This document shows, one piece after another, positions 23,221 through 35,535 of a stretch of 64,000 bases of DNA (position 1 is its first letter; the number at the start of each line of letters is the position of its first letter). The DNA is from Octopus sinensis (taxonomy: Eukaryota). The stretch spans positions 126,542,001 to 126,606,000 of the forward strand of contig NC_042998.1 in assembly GCF_006345805.1 (NCBI RefSeq). The letters run 5' to 3'. The notes under the pieces were generated by a model. That model saw nothing but the letters and a program-made list of their open reading frames with translations. It made no database searches and was not told the origin of the DNA. The translations under genes and the position numbers were made by a program.

Positions 23221-25595
23221 TATATATGATAACGAAGGCGGCTTGGCGCAATATAAAACCAAAAGGGAACATTTCAATTGTCGCTAATAGTGACTGAGGG
23301 TGCTAGGAAGCACACACATTGCTAGAAACAAGAGTCAAAGGCACTTATAATTTCAAAAAAGCACAGGTCTATGTACAGACATGGGAGATAACCGCCCCAC
23401 AGCGAGCGCGGTTACTATACTAGCTAGCTAGTTTCGCTTAGCTCTCAGTAGTAACCACTCCGTTGCTGATGGTTAAGCTAAATTCCAGCTGTCAGCATAT
23501 AGTATTTATCATATGAATCAATGGCTGATTCAGCCAAATGGTAATGTGGAAGTTATAAGATAACGACGGCGACTTCTTCAATCCATTTTAGCATAGAAAA
23601 ATGAATGTAAAACCAATAGTAAAAATTTATGTGCTTTGCAGTGCTACTATATCCATCTATTTTACATTCTAGCTCACTTACCTATTTTGATCATCATCTT
23701 AATGCATCTTTTTTTATGATTCCTAATGTCTCATATCTTAAAGTAGTTCAGATTTGAAAGTTTATCTCCAAGACTGAAGTTTTTTGAAATGTCAAATTCT
23801 TTTATTCATGCTGTTTGCAGCATATCATCTGCTGCAATTATCGTATAATATTGGTTTCATAGTCAACATCCTCAGAACTTTCTAGAGATAAGATCTGTTC
23901 AATTTGTTCAGCTATAAGGATTAGTTTCTCTCTGTTGCTCTTTAATACAATTGTCTTTTTATATTTTCAGTTTTTTTTGTAAGGCGCTGGGATAACCTTT
24001 TTGGAATGGTAAAATCTTATGCCCATCTCAAATATTTGCATGAAAAAATATTGTGGATAGGGAGGTTATTGGGACGAGAGGGTGGGATAGTATGGTCTGA
24101 ATGCATGCAGCAGTGAACTTTGCCAGAAGCACCCAGTAACCATGTGCTGGTACTAAATTGGGAGGTATGTTAGCATCTCTCATACCAAAATATGAAAAAA
24201 GGCTATGAATGTTATCAAGAAAAACCTCACTGTAGTTGCCTCCAACTCCGAATTTGCACTATAAACTTACATGCGATCTCAAAAGTGTTGAAACTTCTCT
24301 AACTAAAACCAACGAGAGATGCTTTATGTGATTTCTCGACTGTTGGAGAAATTTACCAAATCTCTGGCCTATCATACACAATTACATTAAAAAAGGGAAA
24401 TACACACTGGAAAATACTTTCAATTTTTCATGCAAAAACAGAAAAAGGTAGAAAGGGGCATGGCTACGATACTTCTGGTCATGGGTCTGCTCGATTAGAG
24501 TTTATTAAGGACTAGACAGCAATAACTTCTCTGATTAGAGAAGCCTAATAAGCAACTGGTCCTTACAGTGTCCCTTTCATTAACCTCAAATAATGCACTT
24601 AAGAGTTAGCCGCTGTCATTACGTAGATCTTCACTCTTGCTATTTTTACAAAACGCGACAACTCTGGCCTTGTCAATTACCTTCTTTTCACCATTACATC
24701 CGTCATTTCAAATTTGATGGAAACATCCTTAAATGACGACTACCTTTTTCACTTTGAGTCTCTTTCTCTTCTCAAGGAGCAAGAGTTCGGAAGAATTGTT
24801 CTCCTACGTTACTTTCAAGTGGTTAATTAACCTTGAGAACTTCGCTGAAAGCTCAGTGCTGATTCCCAATTATCTCTCTCTATATAAAACTGAGAATGTG
24901 TGTCTGTCTGTCTGTGTGTTTCCCTAAAACTTGAGAACTACACAACCAATTTCATTCAAATTTAACACATGCCTTACACATGTCCGGGGAGTGTCATCGG
25001 CAAAAAATCTTAACTTTTTCCCTAGGGCGACCCCACAGCAATATCATATCTTCTTCACTATTTCAGTATTACGTGTTAAAAGTGAAACAAAAACATCTCT
25101 CTTTTGTAATGCAGACACTTTCACTATTAAAGTGAAAATATTATATAACAGGGATGAACCATTAAGAATGGTCAACCATTTTGCTAGAAGAAGATCCGCT
25201 ATGGTCTTATATGCTACACCACTGATTTTCAATTCATATTAATCAAATTAATATTCAATTTTTCACCCTTATTATGTGTGTGTATTAGTAATTCGTATAA
25301 AATTGCATCAATGACTTGAACTTGAATAAGTGGTTTCACATAAATAGGGATAAATTGAAAAGGTTTGTTGTTATTATTATTATTGTTTGACTATTGTAAT
25401 CACGTTTGTTGGTTCCTCGTCAGGGAAGCGTTGTTGTGTTGCATTTGTTACATAATTGTAAACCGTAACCCTCCCCCTTTCGGAGAAGGGGCTTTGGTTA
25501 TTGTTTAAAAATTGAATTGTATCCCTGTTTGGGGAAATTGACAATATTTTCACCGTCTTTACGGAAGCATTTTTGCTGAAATGCCTTCGATAGAA

Positions 25596-25887
25596 GAAAT
25601 TTTTCAAAAATTTTAGGGGAAAATTTTCAAAAAATTTTTCACAAATTTTTGGGGTAAATTTTCAAAAAACTTTTGAAAAATTTTTGGGAAAAATTTTCAA
25701 AAAACTTTTTGTGAAAAATTTTCAAAAATTTTCAAAAAATTTTTGTGGAAAATTTTCAAAAAATTTTTCAAAAACTTTTGGGAAAAATTTTCAAAAATCT
25801 TTGGGGAAAATTTTCAAAAATTTTTGAGGAAAATTTTCAAAAAACTTTTCAAAAATTTTTGTGGAAAATTTTCAAAAAAATTTTTTT
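25596..25887. repeat. Minisatellite of phased GAAAATTTTC/AAAAATTTTT blocks
   Basis: A(n)T(n) blocks recur about every 10-12 bp over ~290 bp. Confidence 0.9.
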
Positions 25888-25894
25888 ACGTCAA

Positions 25895-26040
25895 CCAGAT
25901 ATACTCACAAGTCTCTGGTCGGCCCGAGTCTATAGCAGAAGACACTTGCCCAAAGTGTCACGCAATAGTAATGAACCCAGAACCATGTGGTTGTGAATAC
26001 ATATATATTTATATATAACTGTATATATATATACGGCAAG

Positions 26041-26065
<25 letters not shown>
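25895..26065 (-). mobile_element. Family B SINE, 5' part
   Basis: CTCACAAGTCTCTGGTCGGCCCGAGTCTATAGCAGAAGACACTTGCCC...GAACCATGTGGTTG. Confidence 0.7.
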
Positions 26066-26091
<26 letters not shown>

Positions 26092-26219
26092 TGCGTTATT
26101 GTAGTTTATGCACATCCACAAATTAGCACGCATGTCGCTCAAATTTTAGGAGGACATTCGTCAACATCCTATCTGGGTTTTCTCAACTTATTTTTTCTCG
26201 AGGCACCCGCGGATAGCGG

Positions 26220-26511
26220 TAAAAATCTATTTTCAGCCATAGCTTTTTGACGGCGTCTAACAAAAAAAAACAGGATAAAGAAAAGTGGAAGAAGAGAGGC
26301 AGAGAGTTTCACGGGAAAGACAAAGTGAGAGAGGGAGAGAGAGTAAGTGACGACGTTCATAAAAATCTATTTTCAGCCATAGCTTTCTGACGGCGTCTAA
26401 CAAAAAAAACAAGATAAATAAAAGTGGAAGAGAAGCAGAGAGTTTCACGGGAAAGACAAAGTGAGAGAGGGAGAGAGAGAGAGAGAGAGAGAGAGTAAGT
26501 GACGATGTTCA
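26220..26511 (+). repeat. Direct tandem duplication (~140-150 bp x2)
   Basis: TAAAAATCTATTTTCAGCCATAGC...AGTAAGTGACGA.GTTCA at 26220-26359 and 26360-26511. Confidence 0.9.
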
Positions 26512-27960
26512 TAAAATATAAAATGTAAAATGTTTTGTCTTTTCTTAAACACGAGATATAGTGTTCAAATTCAGGATGTTTTTTAAAGACACTATATTTT
26601 ATAATCATAGTATATATACTTTCTCACACAACAATTACAATATATTTATTTTAAATCATTTATTTATTTTAAATCGTTCATCTTTCTCCCCCACCCTCTC
26701 TCTCACACACATTACTTTGGGTGCAAAAGAGTTTTGTTTTGATTTTACGCCGAGTAAAAAAGTGTTTTGTTGACAATCCATTTATTTAACAACAAAGAAA
26801 CAAAGAGGTGAGTAGCAATTTGTCAGTGAATTGCACAATATAAATGGGTACAATTTCCGAGGCTTCCACCACACCCACTCCGTTTCACGGACCACAAAAA
26901 GGGTTTAGTAGCATATTAGGAGGCCAGAGTAGTTGATTCCACGCCAAAAAAAAAAAAAAAAAACGATTATTTTTCTTAGTGAAAATCGTGCGAGTGTTAA
27001 TCTACAAATTTAACACCATTTTCCCATTCATTTCTGTTTATGAACATGCACAAAACATGCAATAGGTGTACGTACGTACATGTGTGTTCGTGTCTGTTGC
27101 CCATATATATTTATATTATATTATATTATATTATATTATATATATATAATATATATAATATATATAATATAACCAGTTTCAACGGATTTTGCCCAAATTT
27201 GACGTCGATATTACTTAGTTTGGTTTGAAATAAAGAACTCTCGGGCAAGGCCGGGTTATACTGCTAGTAATCAATAAAAAACATTATACTTAACTTGCGA
27301 ACAAGAAACCAATAGTTTTACGAATCAAGCTCGACATTGAGTAAATCTGTCATTTGGCAAAATTTGAAATGTTTCACACCAGATCATATGATACATTGTA
27401 TCACCACACAATATTATCCTTTCCTCCTCCCCAGCCATCTCACCCTTCGTCCTCCTCTACAGCAGAATCAACATCACCTGCTCATTTTCTCACAAAATTT
27501 TCATAGTTGGGTAAAGAAATTTTGTCCGAGTCCGAATTTGTGTCCTGTCCTCAGACTCCAGTTGACCTTTTAGATTTCCTAGTGCTTAGCACTGGTTTTG
27601 TCAACACTCCATAAGCAAGTTGTAATTTGTTTTGAATAGTCCAGCAACTAACTATTTATATGGCGTGTGTGAAATAAATGTAATTTTTTGAAAAAATCAC
27701 AAGAGTCTTATATTTTAGATTATATGAAAGTTTGTGAAGTCTATAGAGTATATGAAAGTTTGTGAAGTGTCAGAAGTGTAACTTGTGATAGATTTTTGGT
27801 CGACTGAGAATCATTAAAACCACATCATAGTCTTTGGTCGACAAAACTTATATTATTCTCCGATATTTGCTAAATGAAAAAATATAGATTTCTTTTGAAA
27901 AACTTCAAAGCTATGTCTGTAAGTGATCATAGCCAAATGCTATTATATAACTGGAATTAA

Positions 27961-28735
27961 GGCGGCGATCTGGCAGAAACGTTAGCACGCCAGGCGAAAT
28001 ACTGATCGATATTTCGTTTGCCGTTACGTTCTGAGTTCAAATTCCGCCGAGGTCGACTTTGCCTTTCATCCTTTCAGGGTCGATTAAATAAGTACCAGTT
28101 ACGCAATGGGGTCGATATAATCGACTTAATCCGTTTGACTGTCCTTGTTTGTTCTCTCTGTGTTTAGCCCCTCGTGGGTAGTAAAGGAATAGGTATTTCG
28201 TCTGCCGCTACGTTCTGTGTTCAAATTCCGCCGAGGTCGACTTTGCATTTCATCCTTCCGGAGTCGATTAAATAAGTACCAGTTACGTACTGGGGTCGAT
28301 ATAATAAACTTAATCCGTTTGTCTGTCCTTGTTTGTCCTTTCTGCGTTTAGCCCCTTGTGGGTAGTAAAGAAATAGGTATTTTATCTGCCGCTACGTTCT
28401 GAGTTCAAATTCCGCCGAGGTCGACTTTGCCTTTTATCCTTTCGGGGTCGATTAAATAAGTACCAGTTACGCACTGGGGTCGATATAATCGACTTAATCC
28501 GTTTTTCTGTCCTTGTTTGTTCTCTCTGTGTTTAGCCCCTTGCGGGTAGTAAAGAAATAGATATTTCGTTCGTATTTACATTTTGAGTTCAAATTCCGCC
28601 GAGGTTGACTTTGTCTTTCATCTTTTTCGGGGTCGATAAAATAAGTATCGTTCAGCACTGGAGTCGATGTAATCGAATAAATCCCTTCCCTTAGATTGCT
28701 AGTCTTGTGCCAAATTTCAAAACTAATATATAACT
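27961..28735 (+). mobile_element. Head-to-tail tetramer of family A SINE
   Basis: One full head GGCGGCGATCTGGCAGAAAC, then units with ~184-bp period joined at AAATAGGTAT|TTCGTC. Confidence 0.9.
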
Positions 28736-29242
28736 GGAATTGAGTTTTAAAATTCTTTCGCTTTGGCATAAAAGGTACACGGTCGGATTTGAACAGAGTA
28801 TCTGTGACTCCTCTTCTAAATTCTGAACATCATCTCCACGTGTGTTCAAATGTTTCTGTCGCTCCATTTACCTGAAATAAATAAATATTGATTCATTGAT
28901 TTTAATTTCAATTGCGCAAAGTGTATTTTTCCTTTCCAAGACTATTACATTAATTGAATGTTCTACATTAACATTTATACCAAATATAAAATAAATCTGA
29001 CCTTCAAAAACTATTTAAAGCTGAATATAAGAAAAGTCACTTCTAATGGATATGGATACAGAACTAAAATGTTTGATTGATAATGGATACAGAACTAGAA
29101 TGTTTGGTTGATAATGACTAGCACTGGACATTACAAACCATATGGCCATCGAAGCATTCAACAACAATTCACCAATTCTTTCCCATCTGTTGTTAAGTAC
29201 TGTCGGTATCGATGTCTAACGTAGGTGTATAAGCCCTTTACA

Positions 29243-29477
29243 GGCGGCGAGCTGGCAGAAACGTTAACACGCCGGGCGAAATGCTTAGCAGTATTTCGTC
29301 TGCCGCTACGTTCTGAGTTCAAATTCCGCCGAGGTCGACTTTGCCTTTCATCCTTTCGGGGTCGACAAATTAAGTACCAGTTACGCACTGGGGTCGATAT
29401 AATCGACTTAATCCGTTTGTCTGTCCTTGTTTGTCCTCTCTGTGTTTAGTCCCTTGTGGGTAGTAAAGAAATAGGTA
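29243..29477 (+). mobile_element. Full-length family A SINE monomer with target-site duplication
   Basis: GGCGGCGAGCTGGCAGAAAC...AAAGAAATAGGTA flanked by TATAAGCCCTTTACA (29228-29242) and TATAAGCCCCTACA (29478-29491). Confidence 0.9.
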
Positions 29478-30597
29478 TATAAGCCCCTACATTTTTTGGA
29501 ATGGTTACAATCGATAAGGTCGACCTCAGTATTCAACTTGCATTTATTTTACAAGCTTAGGAAGTATAATCAATAAAAATCGATCATATAAATCCACTGC
29601 CCTTATGTAGAGTCGCTATTTATTATCCATTTATTGCAGGACTACGAATAACGGAATCAGTTGTATAATATTTAGCTATATTAAATTTCGCCGCGGCCGA
29701 CTTTGTTTTCCGCTCTTCCAAGATCGATAAAAGAAGTATCAGTCAAATCTTGGTGTTGTTTTAATCAATTATACCCGACGTCCGACTTTGTGTCTACATC
29801 AGAAATTATTTTTTCCAAGCATTGTCGTATTACCAGAACAGTATTTTCGTTCTCGTATGTCACACCCCTGTCCAAAGCACCTATCAAATAGTGGAGTAAA
29901 TTTAAACAATTATATCTGTTCACTAAACCTTTTTGGCTTGTGCTTATATTAGAAATCTTGATTATTTTTTTAAACAGAAATTCATAATAGTTATTTATAC
30001 CAGGCTAGAAGAAAATTCATCTCAAGACATACCGAAACTACGTGTAACCACTAATGTACACTTGTCTATTATGTAAAATATTTATCATTTTGGAACATAT
30101 TTTCTTGCTTGGTTTGAAGTTAAGACGAAAGTGTCATAAGATGGCAATAATCTCCTGGTAGGCCAAGTCTGCAAATCAAATTCAATTCTCCGCAAAATTC
30201 TCCTACCACCATTTCTTGTATGGCTAATTTCCTTTCGTAGGGAGCAACTTGAAGCAGGATGGGTTCGGTCAAGCAATCTTGCTGTCAGTCAAACATACTA
30301 TTCGGAATGCCAGAGATAATAAAATATGTTCTTGTTTAATTAACCATTTCAGTATATTACTGGTACTATATATTTTTTTCATAGAAATAGGGTTGAGTTT
30401 GTATATTATGAGGAACCAAGTACGATTCACCTACCTCTCAAGTACTCTTGCAGCGTCGGCTATCCAGCTGGGTTACATCCGAAAGGCGCCCTACCCGCCT
30501 AACCTATCGCCAGAATCTAACGGTAAACTTCCTCTCTAGCCCGTACGTCCATACGCGTCTGTCCGTCACGACCGTCGGGAAGCGAAGAGGCCAACAA

Positions 30598-30740
30598 GGT
30601 CGACTTTGCCTTTCATCCTTTCAGGGTCGATTAAATAAGTACCAGTTACGCACTGGGGTCGATGTAATCGACTTAATCTCTTTGTCTGACCTCGTTTGTC
30701 CCCTCTATGTTTAGCCCCTTGTGGGTAGTAAAGAAATACA
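30598..30740 (+). mobile_element. 5'-truncated family A SINE
   Basis: AGGTCGACTTTGCCTTTCATCC...GTGGGTAGTAAAGAAATA. Confidence 0.8.
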
Positions 30741-30779
30741 ACGCTGGTCCTACTTCCGCCCACGAGACCTCCCTCACTC

Positions 30780-31810
30780 TTTCTCTTCCGGTAGGGGTCC
30801 TCAGTCTTTGACGTCACTGACCTTTTACTCCTGGTCCACCTCATCTACACACCTCCTCACCACCCGATCTCAAAGATCATCCCATCCATGTTGAAATCTG
30901 CCATCCACCTGGATGGACCACTTGCTTTCATCTCCGCAGGAATGGAGCACCGTTCACTTCTCCTCCTTTTTTGTCTCCCGAAGAAATGACGCTTCTGCAA
31001 ACATCTATGACATGATGCAGCATTTCATCTAGAGAGACACTATTTTTGGAATGAACAGTTGTCACTACCTCTTTGTTCCACAGAGATGTGCAAGCGTGCT
31101 TTTGGGGGTTTGACCAAGACTTCATCTCCTACCTGCACGAAGGCAGGCTTTCTCTCTTCCACAGGGTATTGTGATGCTGTATACGGATGTTGCCATTCAT
31201 ACCTCTGTGTGGCACGGACTCCTCGGCCTATCCTGATCGGGGTGACATATACTAAAATACCGTTTCCAGTAGTGAGATGCGCCCCCTCTTCGCCATGGCT
31301 TTGATCGTGCGATTGTGCTTGTATACCACACTGAAGAAGCGGTGCACATTCCACTTATCAAGCATCTCCTTCAGCACCTCTGAACGAAATGCAGTGTCGT
31401 TATCAATTTGCAATTCGTCCACAGGGCCTCGTTCTAGGAACATCTCTCTCAGGATTCGTGCAACCCCATCTGCAGTGTTCATCTTAATTTCCCTCCATAT
31501 CGCCATCCAACACAATTCGCAAAATACAGAGTTCTCTCCATGCCCATATGCAGTCTTCTTTGTTCTGAGTCACCTAGCCGATACACTGCAGCTATCCTTT
31601 GCTCCGAATCTTCCAGTACCGCCAACCAAGCTTTTTTCTTCCTGATTAGAATGTGCCTTATTCCTTTCTGAGGGCACAAAGACCACGTTCAGTTTCAAAC
31701 CAAATTCGGTAGCTAGCTCTTCCAGAACCCATAGGCAGCGTTTTACTATCATCTCTGTAGCCCCTTTTATTCGAACCCTTCTTTCATCAGTGATCCTGAT
31801 CCCGTCCATC
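30780..31810 (-). mobile_element. Gypsy-type LTR retrotransposon pol fragment (RNase H-integrase)
   Basis: Minus ORFs: FGLKLNVVFVPSERNKA (RNase H end); AIWREIK...FLERGPVDELQIDNDTAFRS...HNRTIKAMA (integrase core); frameshifted. Confidence 0.8.
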
Positions 31811-32800
31811 CAAGTACAGTAACTGAATGACTACCCTTGAAGTTCTCTTTCAGCTTGGGGAATAACCAAAAGTCACAGGGAGTAAGTTCTGGGTTGTAGA
31901 GAAGGTGAGAGACAGTTTTGTTGCCCGTCTCTGTCAAGCAATTAGTTACCAGGATGGATTTGTGGACTGGTTCATTGTCCTGGTGTAGGTGTCACCAACT
32001 TGAATGGAAGAGCACTGGCCTTTGTAACGAAATATCTTCCCGAACCCACTCAAAACTTCAACAAAATACTCTTTGTTGACCGTCTGGCCAGAGGGAAGCC
32101 AGTGGATGTAGACGATGTCATTGCTGTTTAAAAAGGAATCATCATGAGCTTCCCAGTGGAATTGCTTTGCCGGACTTTCTTGAATTTGGTGAGCCAGGAT
32201 GCTTCCATGGACACTCTGTGTTTTGGTCTCGGGATCATAACAATAGAACCAACATACATCTCAGGTCACGGAAGACTCAAGTAATCTTGGATTGGAAGTA
32301 ATGTACTCAACCATCTCCCTGCTGTCACTAACGCGTCTTTCCCAGGACGCTCAGTGGCAAACAGAAGTTCGTCACCGAGCGTCCTGGGAACAAACTTAGC
32401 ACAAATTTTACACGTGTTCAGATCTTCGTGAAAAATTCTGTGTACAGTAGTCGCACCAACTCCAAACTGTACGCTTATTGTCTTTATAGACACATGACGT
32501 TCTTCATCCAGAAAATTGCAAATTTTCTTAACCAGCCCTGATGTTCTGACGTTCCTCTCCATTCCACACTTCTCATCGCCTCTCACCTTTTCTCTACCGT
32601 CCTTGAATCTCTTGTGCAAGCGAAAAACAGATGCTCTATAAACAGTCTGGAGTATTTCATAAGTTTCTAGTGTTTTTGCCAGGCTTAACACAAAACATTA
32701 TTGCATAGCTAGATGCCAAACTGTCTTGACGTCCCGATTATAATCTGCAGACTAGTCAGCTGTGAAAAACACTATTTAGTAGGGTGTGTTCAACGTGCTG
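31811..32800 (-). mobile_element. Degenerate mariner transposase
   Basis: Minus: FRLHKRFKDGRE...KICAKFVPR, YDPETK, and a region matching HPPYSPDLAPCDFWLFPKLKE at ~31840-31910; frameshifted. Confidence 0.85.
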
Positions 32801-32982
32801 TTACAATCACCTTCAATTTGGAATACAGATAAGTTAGATGTTTTGTAAAGATATATTAAAATTACTATCAAGGATCGTTATAACTGTCTCTCCTAAAAAA
32901 GGCCTCAAAACTTTCGGAGCTCAATTCGTAAGTCTGTTTAAACCTATATAAATAGGATATCAACAGAAAGCGCGCGCGCGCC

Positions 32983-33018
<36 letters not shown>

Positions 33019-33544
33019 TGAGGGAGAGAAAGAGAAGGGGAGGCAAGGGTAAAAATAGAGAATGTTATTGAGTAGGCAGGAGTGACAAGATGAAAGGAAA
33101 AAAATTGAGAGTGGGTAAACAGGTACAAGAGAAAGGGGAGTGGATTTAAGAGACAGAAGAGTGGGAAGTGCACGTGGGAGAAATGAATAGTGAGGAAATA
33201 AGCAGAGAAAAAGGATAAAGGTGAGGTAAGAGAGAACGTTAAGTGGAAGGGAGGTAAACATAGACGTTTCTTTTCCTATTGGTCGAGATGGTAGTCCTCC
33301 ACGGGTAGGTTTTCCCTGGCAGAGAATTTAGCGCAACATTCAAAGAAATCCAACATTTCTGCAGTGCTGTCGTGAAATTATTTCTTCTAGTGGCACTTAT
33401 TTAACAGTGGCGAAACTATATCACTCTCTGCCACCTATTTATTACTAGGTGGCCTCGGCTATCGAGAGTTGGTTTCCTAATCAGTGGACCGGCCTCCTTC
33501 CTAAATCTGAGAGAAACCGTCGTTAATATGATGCGTAGCACAAG

Positions 33545-34290
33545 GCGGTGAGCATGCTGGGCAAAATGCTTAGCGGTATTTCGTCTGCCGCTACGTTCTG
33601 AGTTCAAATTCTGCCGAGGTCGACTTTGTCTTTCATCCTTTCGGGGTCGATTAAATAAGTACCAGTTACGCACTTGGGTCGATATAATCGACTTAATCCG
33701 TCTGTCTGTCCTTGTTTGTCCTTTCTGTGTTTAGTCCCTTGCGGGTAGTAAAGAAATATGTATTTCGTCCATCTTTACCTTCTGAGTTCAGATTTCGCCG
33801 AGGCTGACTTTGCCTTTCATCTTTTTCGGGGTCGATAAAATAAGTACCAGTTGAATGCTGGGGTCAATGTAATCAACTTACCCCATCCTCCGAACTTGCT
33901 GACGTTGTGTCAAAATTTGAAACCATTATTATTATTGACAGAAATCGGTGAGCTGGCAGAATCGTAAGCACACCGGACAAAATGCTGAGCGACATTTCGT
34001 TTGTCTTTATGTTCTGAGTTCAAATTTCACCGAGATCGAGTTTGCCTTTCATCTTTTCGGGGTTGATAAAATAAGCACCAGCTGAGTACTGGAATCGATG
34101 TAATCGACTTAACCCTCCCCCAGAATTGTTGACCTTGCGCCAAAATTTGAAATCCGTATGATGCGTGGCACAAAATGCTTTATGGTATTTAGTTACAACT
34201 TTTTATGTTCTAAGTTCAAATCCTGCTTTGGTTGATCTTGCCTTTCAATTACTGAAATCTATTTAATCGACTTTAACCCTCTTCCAAATG
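33545..34290 (+). mobile_element. Cluster/multimer of family A SINEs (four units)
   Basis: Repeated GTTCTGAGTTCA.ATT...GACTTTGCCTTTCATC...AAGTACCAG units. Confidence 0.85.
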
Positions 34291-34850
34291 TTAGCCATTA
34301 TATCTATTTTGCAATGATTGACATTACATTGATTTCTAACAGTAATAACAACCGTCTGCACCCCCACCATTTTCCCTCTTTCGTACTTACTTTCTTCCCT
34401 TTCATCGCTTATGTTTCTTTCTTTTCTTTCTGACCTTTAAAATTCCCACATATACCCACTCCTTCTCTTCCTCTCTCTCGTTTTCTTATACAGGTCTTTA
34501 TCCTCATCTGTCTGTGCATCTGTTAATTTTACTCTGCTGTTGTTTGCTCTGCTGCATTTAATTCTCCCTATCGAATTATACCACTCACATTTCATCACAC
34601 ATTGGTCTCTTTTCTTGATATTTGTTTTAATTCTACACTCTTTCAGCTATCACTGTCTCTCTCTTTCTCTTTTTTTCTTTAATCTTTTTCCTAACATTCT
34701 ATTTCCCTCCTTACCTCTCATTCTCCTCCATCTTTATCTCGGTTTGTAACTTAATCTACAAATGCAATCTGCCTGGGTCTATTGACTAGCTTTCAGAGGA
34801 CAAAATTGTAGATGTAGGTGTCTGCATTTCCTGGTCTGTGAATAGTGGCC

Positions 34851-34869
34851 TGACGTCACCAAAATGGCG
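34851..34869 (+). promoter_or_regulatory. CRE palindrome plus adjacent YY1-like motif; candidate promoter/5' region of the unknown gene
   Basis: TGACGTCA (34851-34858) then AAAATGGCG (34861-34869) in non-repetitive sequence ~670 bp upstream of the ATG at 35536; candidate donor GTAAAT at 35046 and acceptor tctctag|35442. Confidence 0.35.
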
Positions 34870-35535
34870 ACCACAGCTGTTACCTGTCAACGAACTAACA
34901 TCGTGTCTGGCACGACGACGACGACGACCCTGACTATGTAATAGACTGACTCGTTTGAAACCTTATCCCTTTATATCTTTACATCTCCGTATCACAGGAT
35001 GTCACAGAGGACTCGGCTGTTAAAAAACACTTCTCCAGATGAATTGTAAATAATTTTTTCGCGTTTTGGAAAATCATTAGCAAAAAACCTAAACTCAGTG
35101 TTTTATTAACACTATATTGATGTTATTGTGGTTATTATGATTGTTTTCACTACTGTTCTAGCTACACTTGTTTTGATATTGTTATCTGTCATCGTTGTTC
35201 ATAATTGCTGGAAAGTTTTGATGTTATTACTGAGAATTTTAACGCTATTGTTGATACTGACGGAATTTTGCGTTGTAACCGCTGCCATTATTTATTAGTG
35301 GTGTTATTGCTGTCTTCATTATCGATGTAACTGCTATTGTTATCACAACAGAAGATATTGTTACCATAATTGCCATCATTTTATTTACCGATACTAAAAA
35401 TTTCACGGCCGGCTACATAAAGAACTTAATTTTCTCTCTAGTCGACCAACTCAGCTGCCTGAATTTTCTGCAATGGAGTTAGAATCGTTTCCTTGGAACA
35501 GAAAATAACGTGGAGGACGAGTTTGATTAATTACA

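Larger units (their letters stand above)
24873..27267 (+). mobile_element. Helitron-like non-autonomous element (composite)
   Basis: 5' A|TCTCTCTCTATATAAAACTGAGAATGTGTGTCTGTCTG; 3' CGGGCAAGGCCGGG then CTAG|T at 27264-27268; that both ends belong to one insertion is inferred. Confidence 0.5.

Noticed and set aside
25401-25423. CTGACGA hammerhead-like core on the minus strand
   Set aside because: CAAAC instead of GAAAC, a GTG triplet, and no credible stems.
27961-28735. CRISPR-like or satellite array
   Set aside because: Units are contiguous SINE bodies with no unique spacers, in a eukaryotic context.
32266-32691. Domesticated transposase gene
   Set aside because: All mariner, Gypsy and LINE ORFs in the window are truncated or frameshifted.
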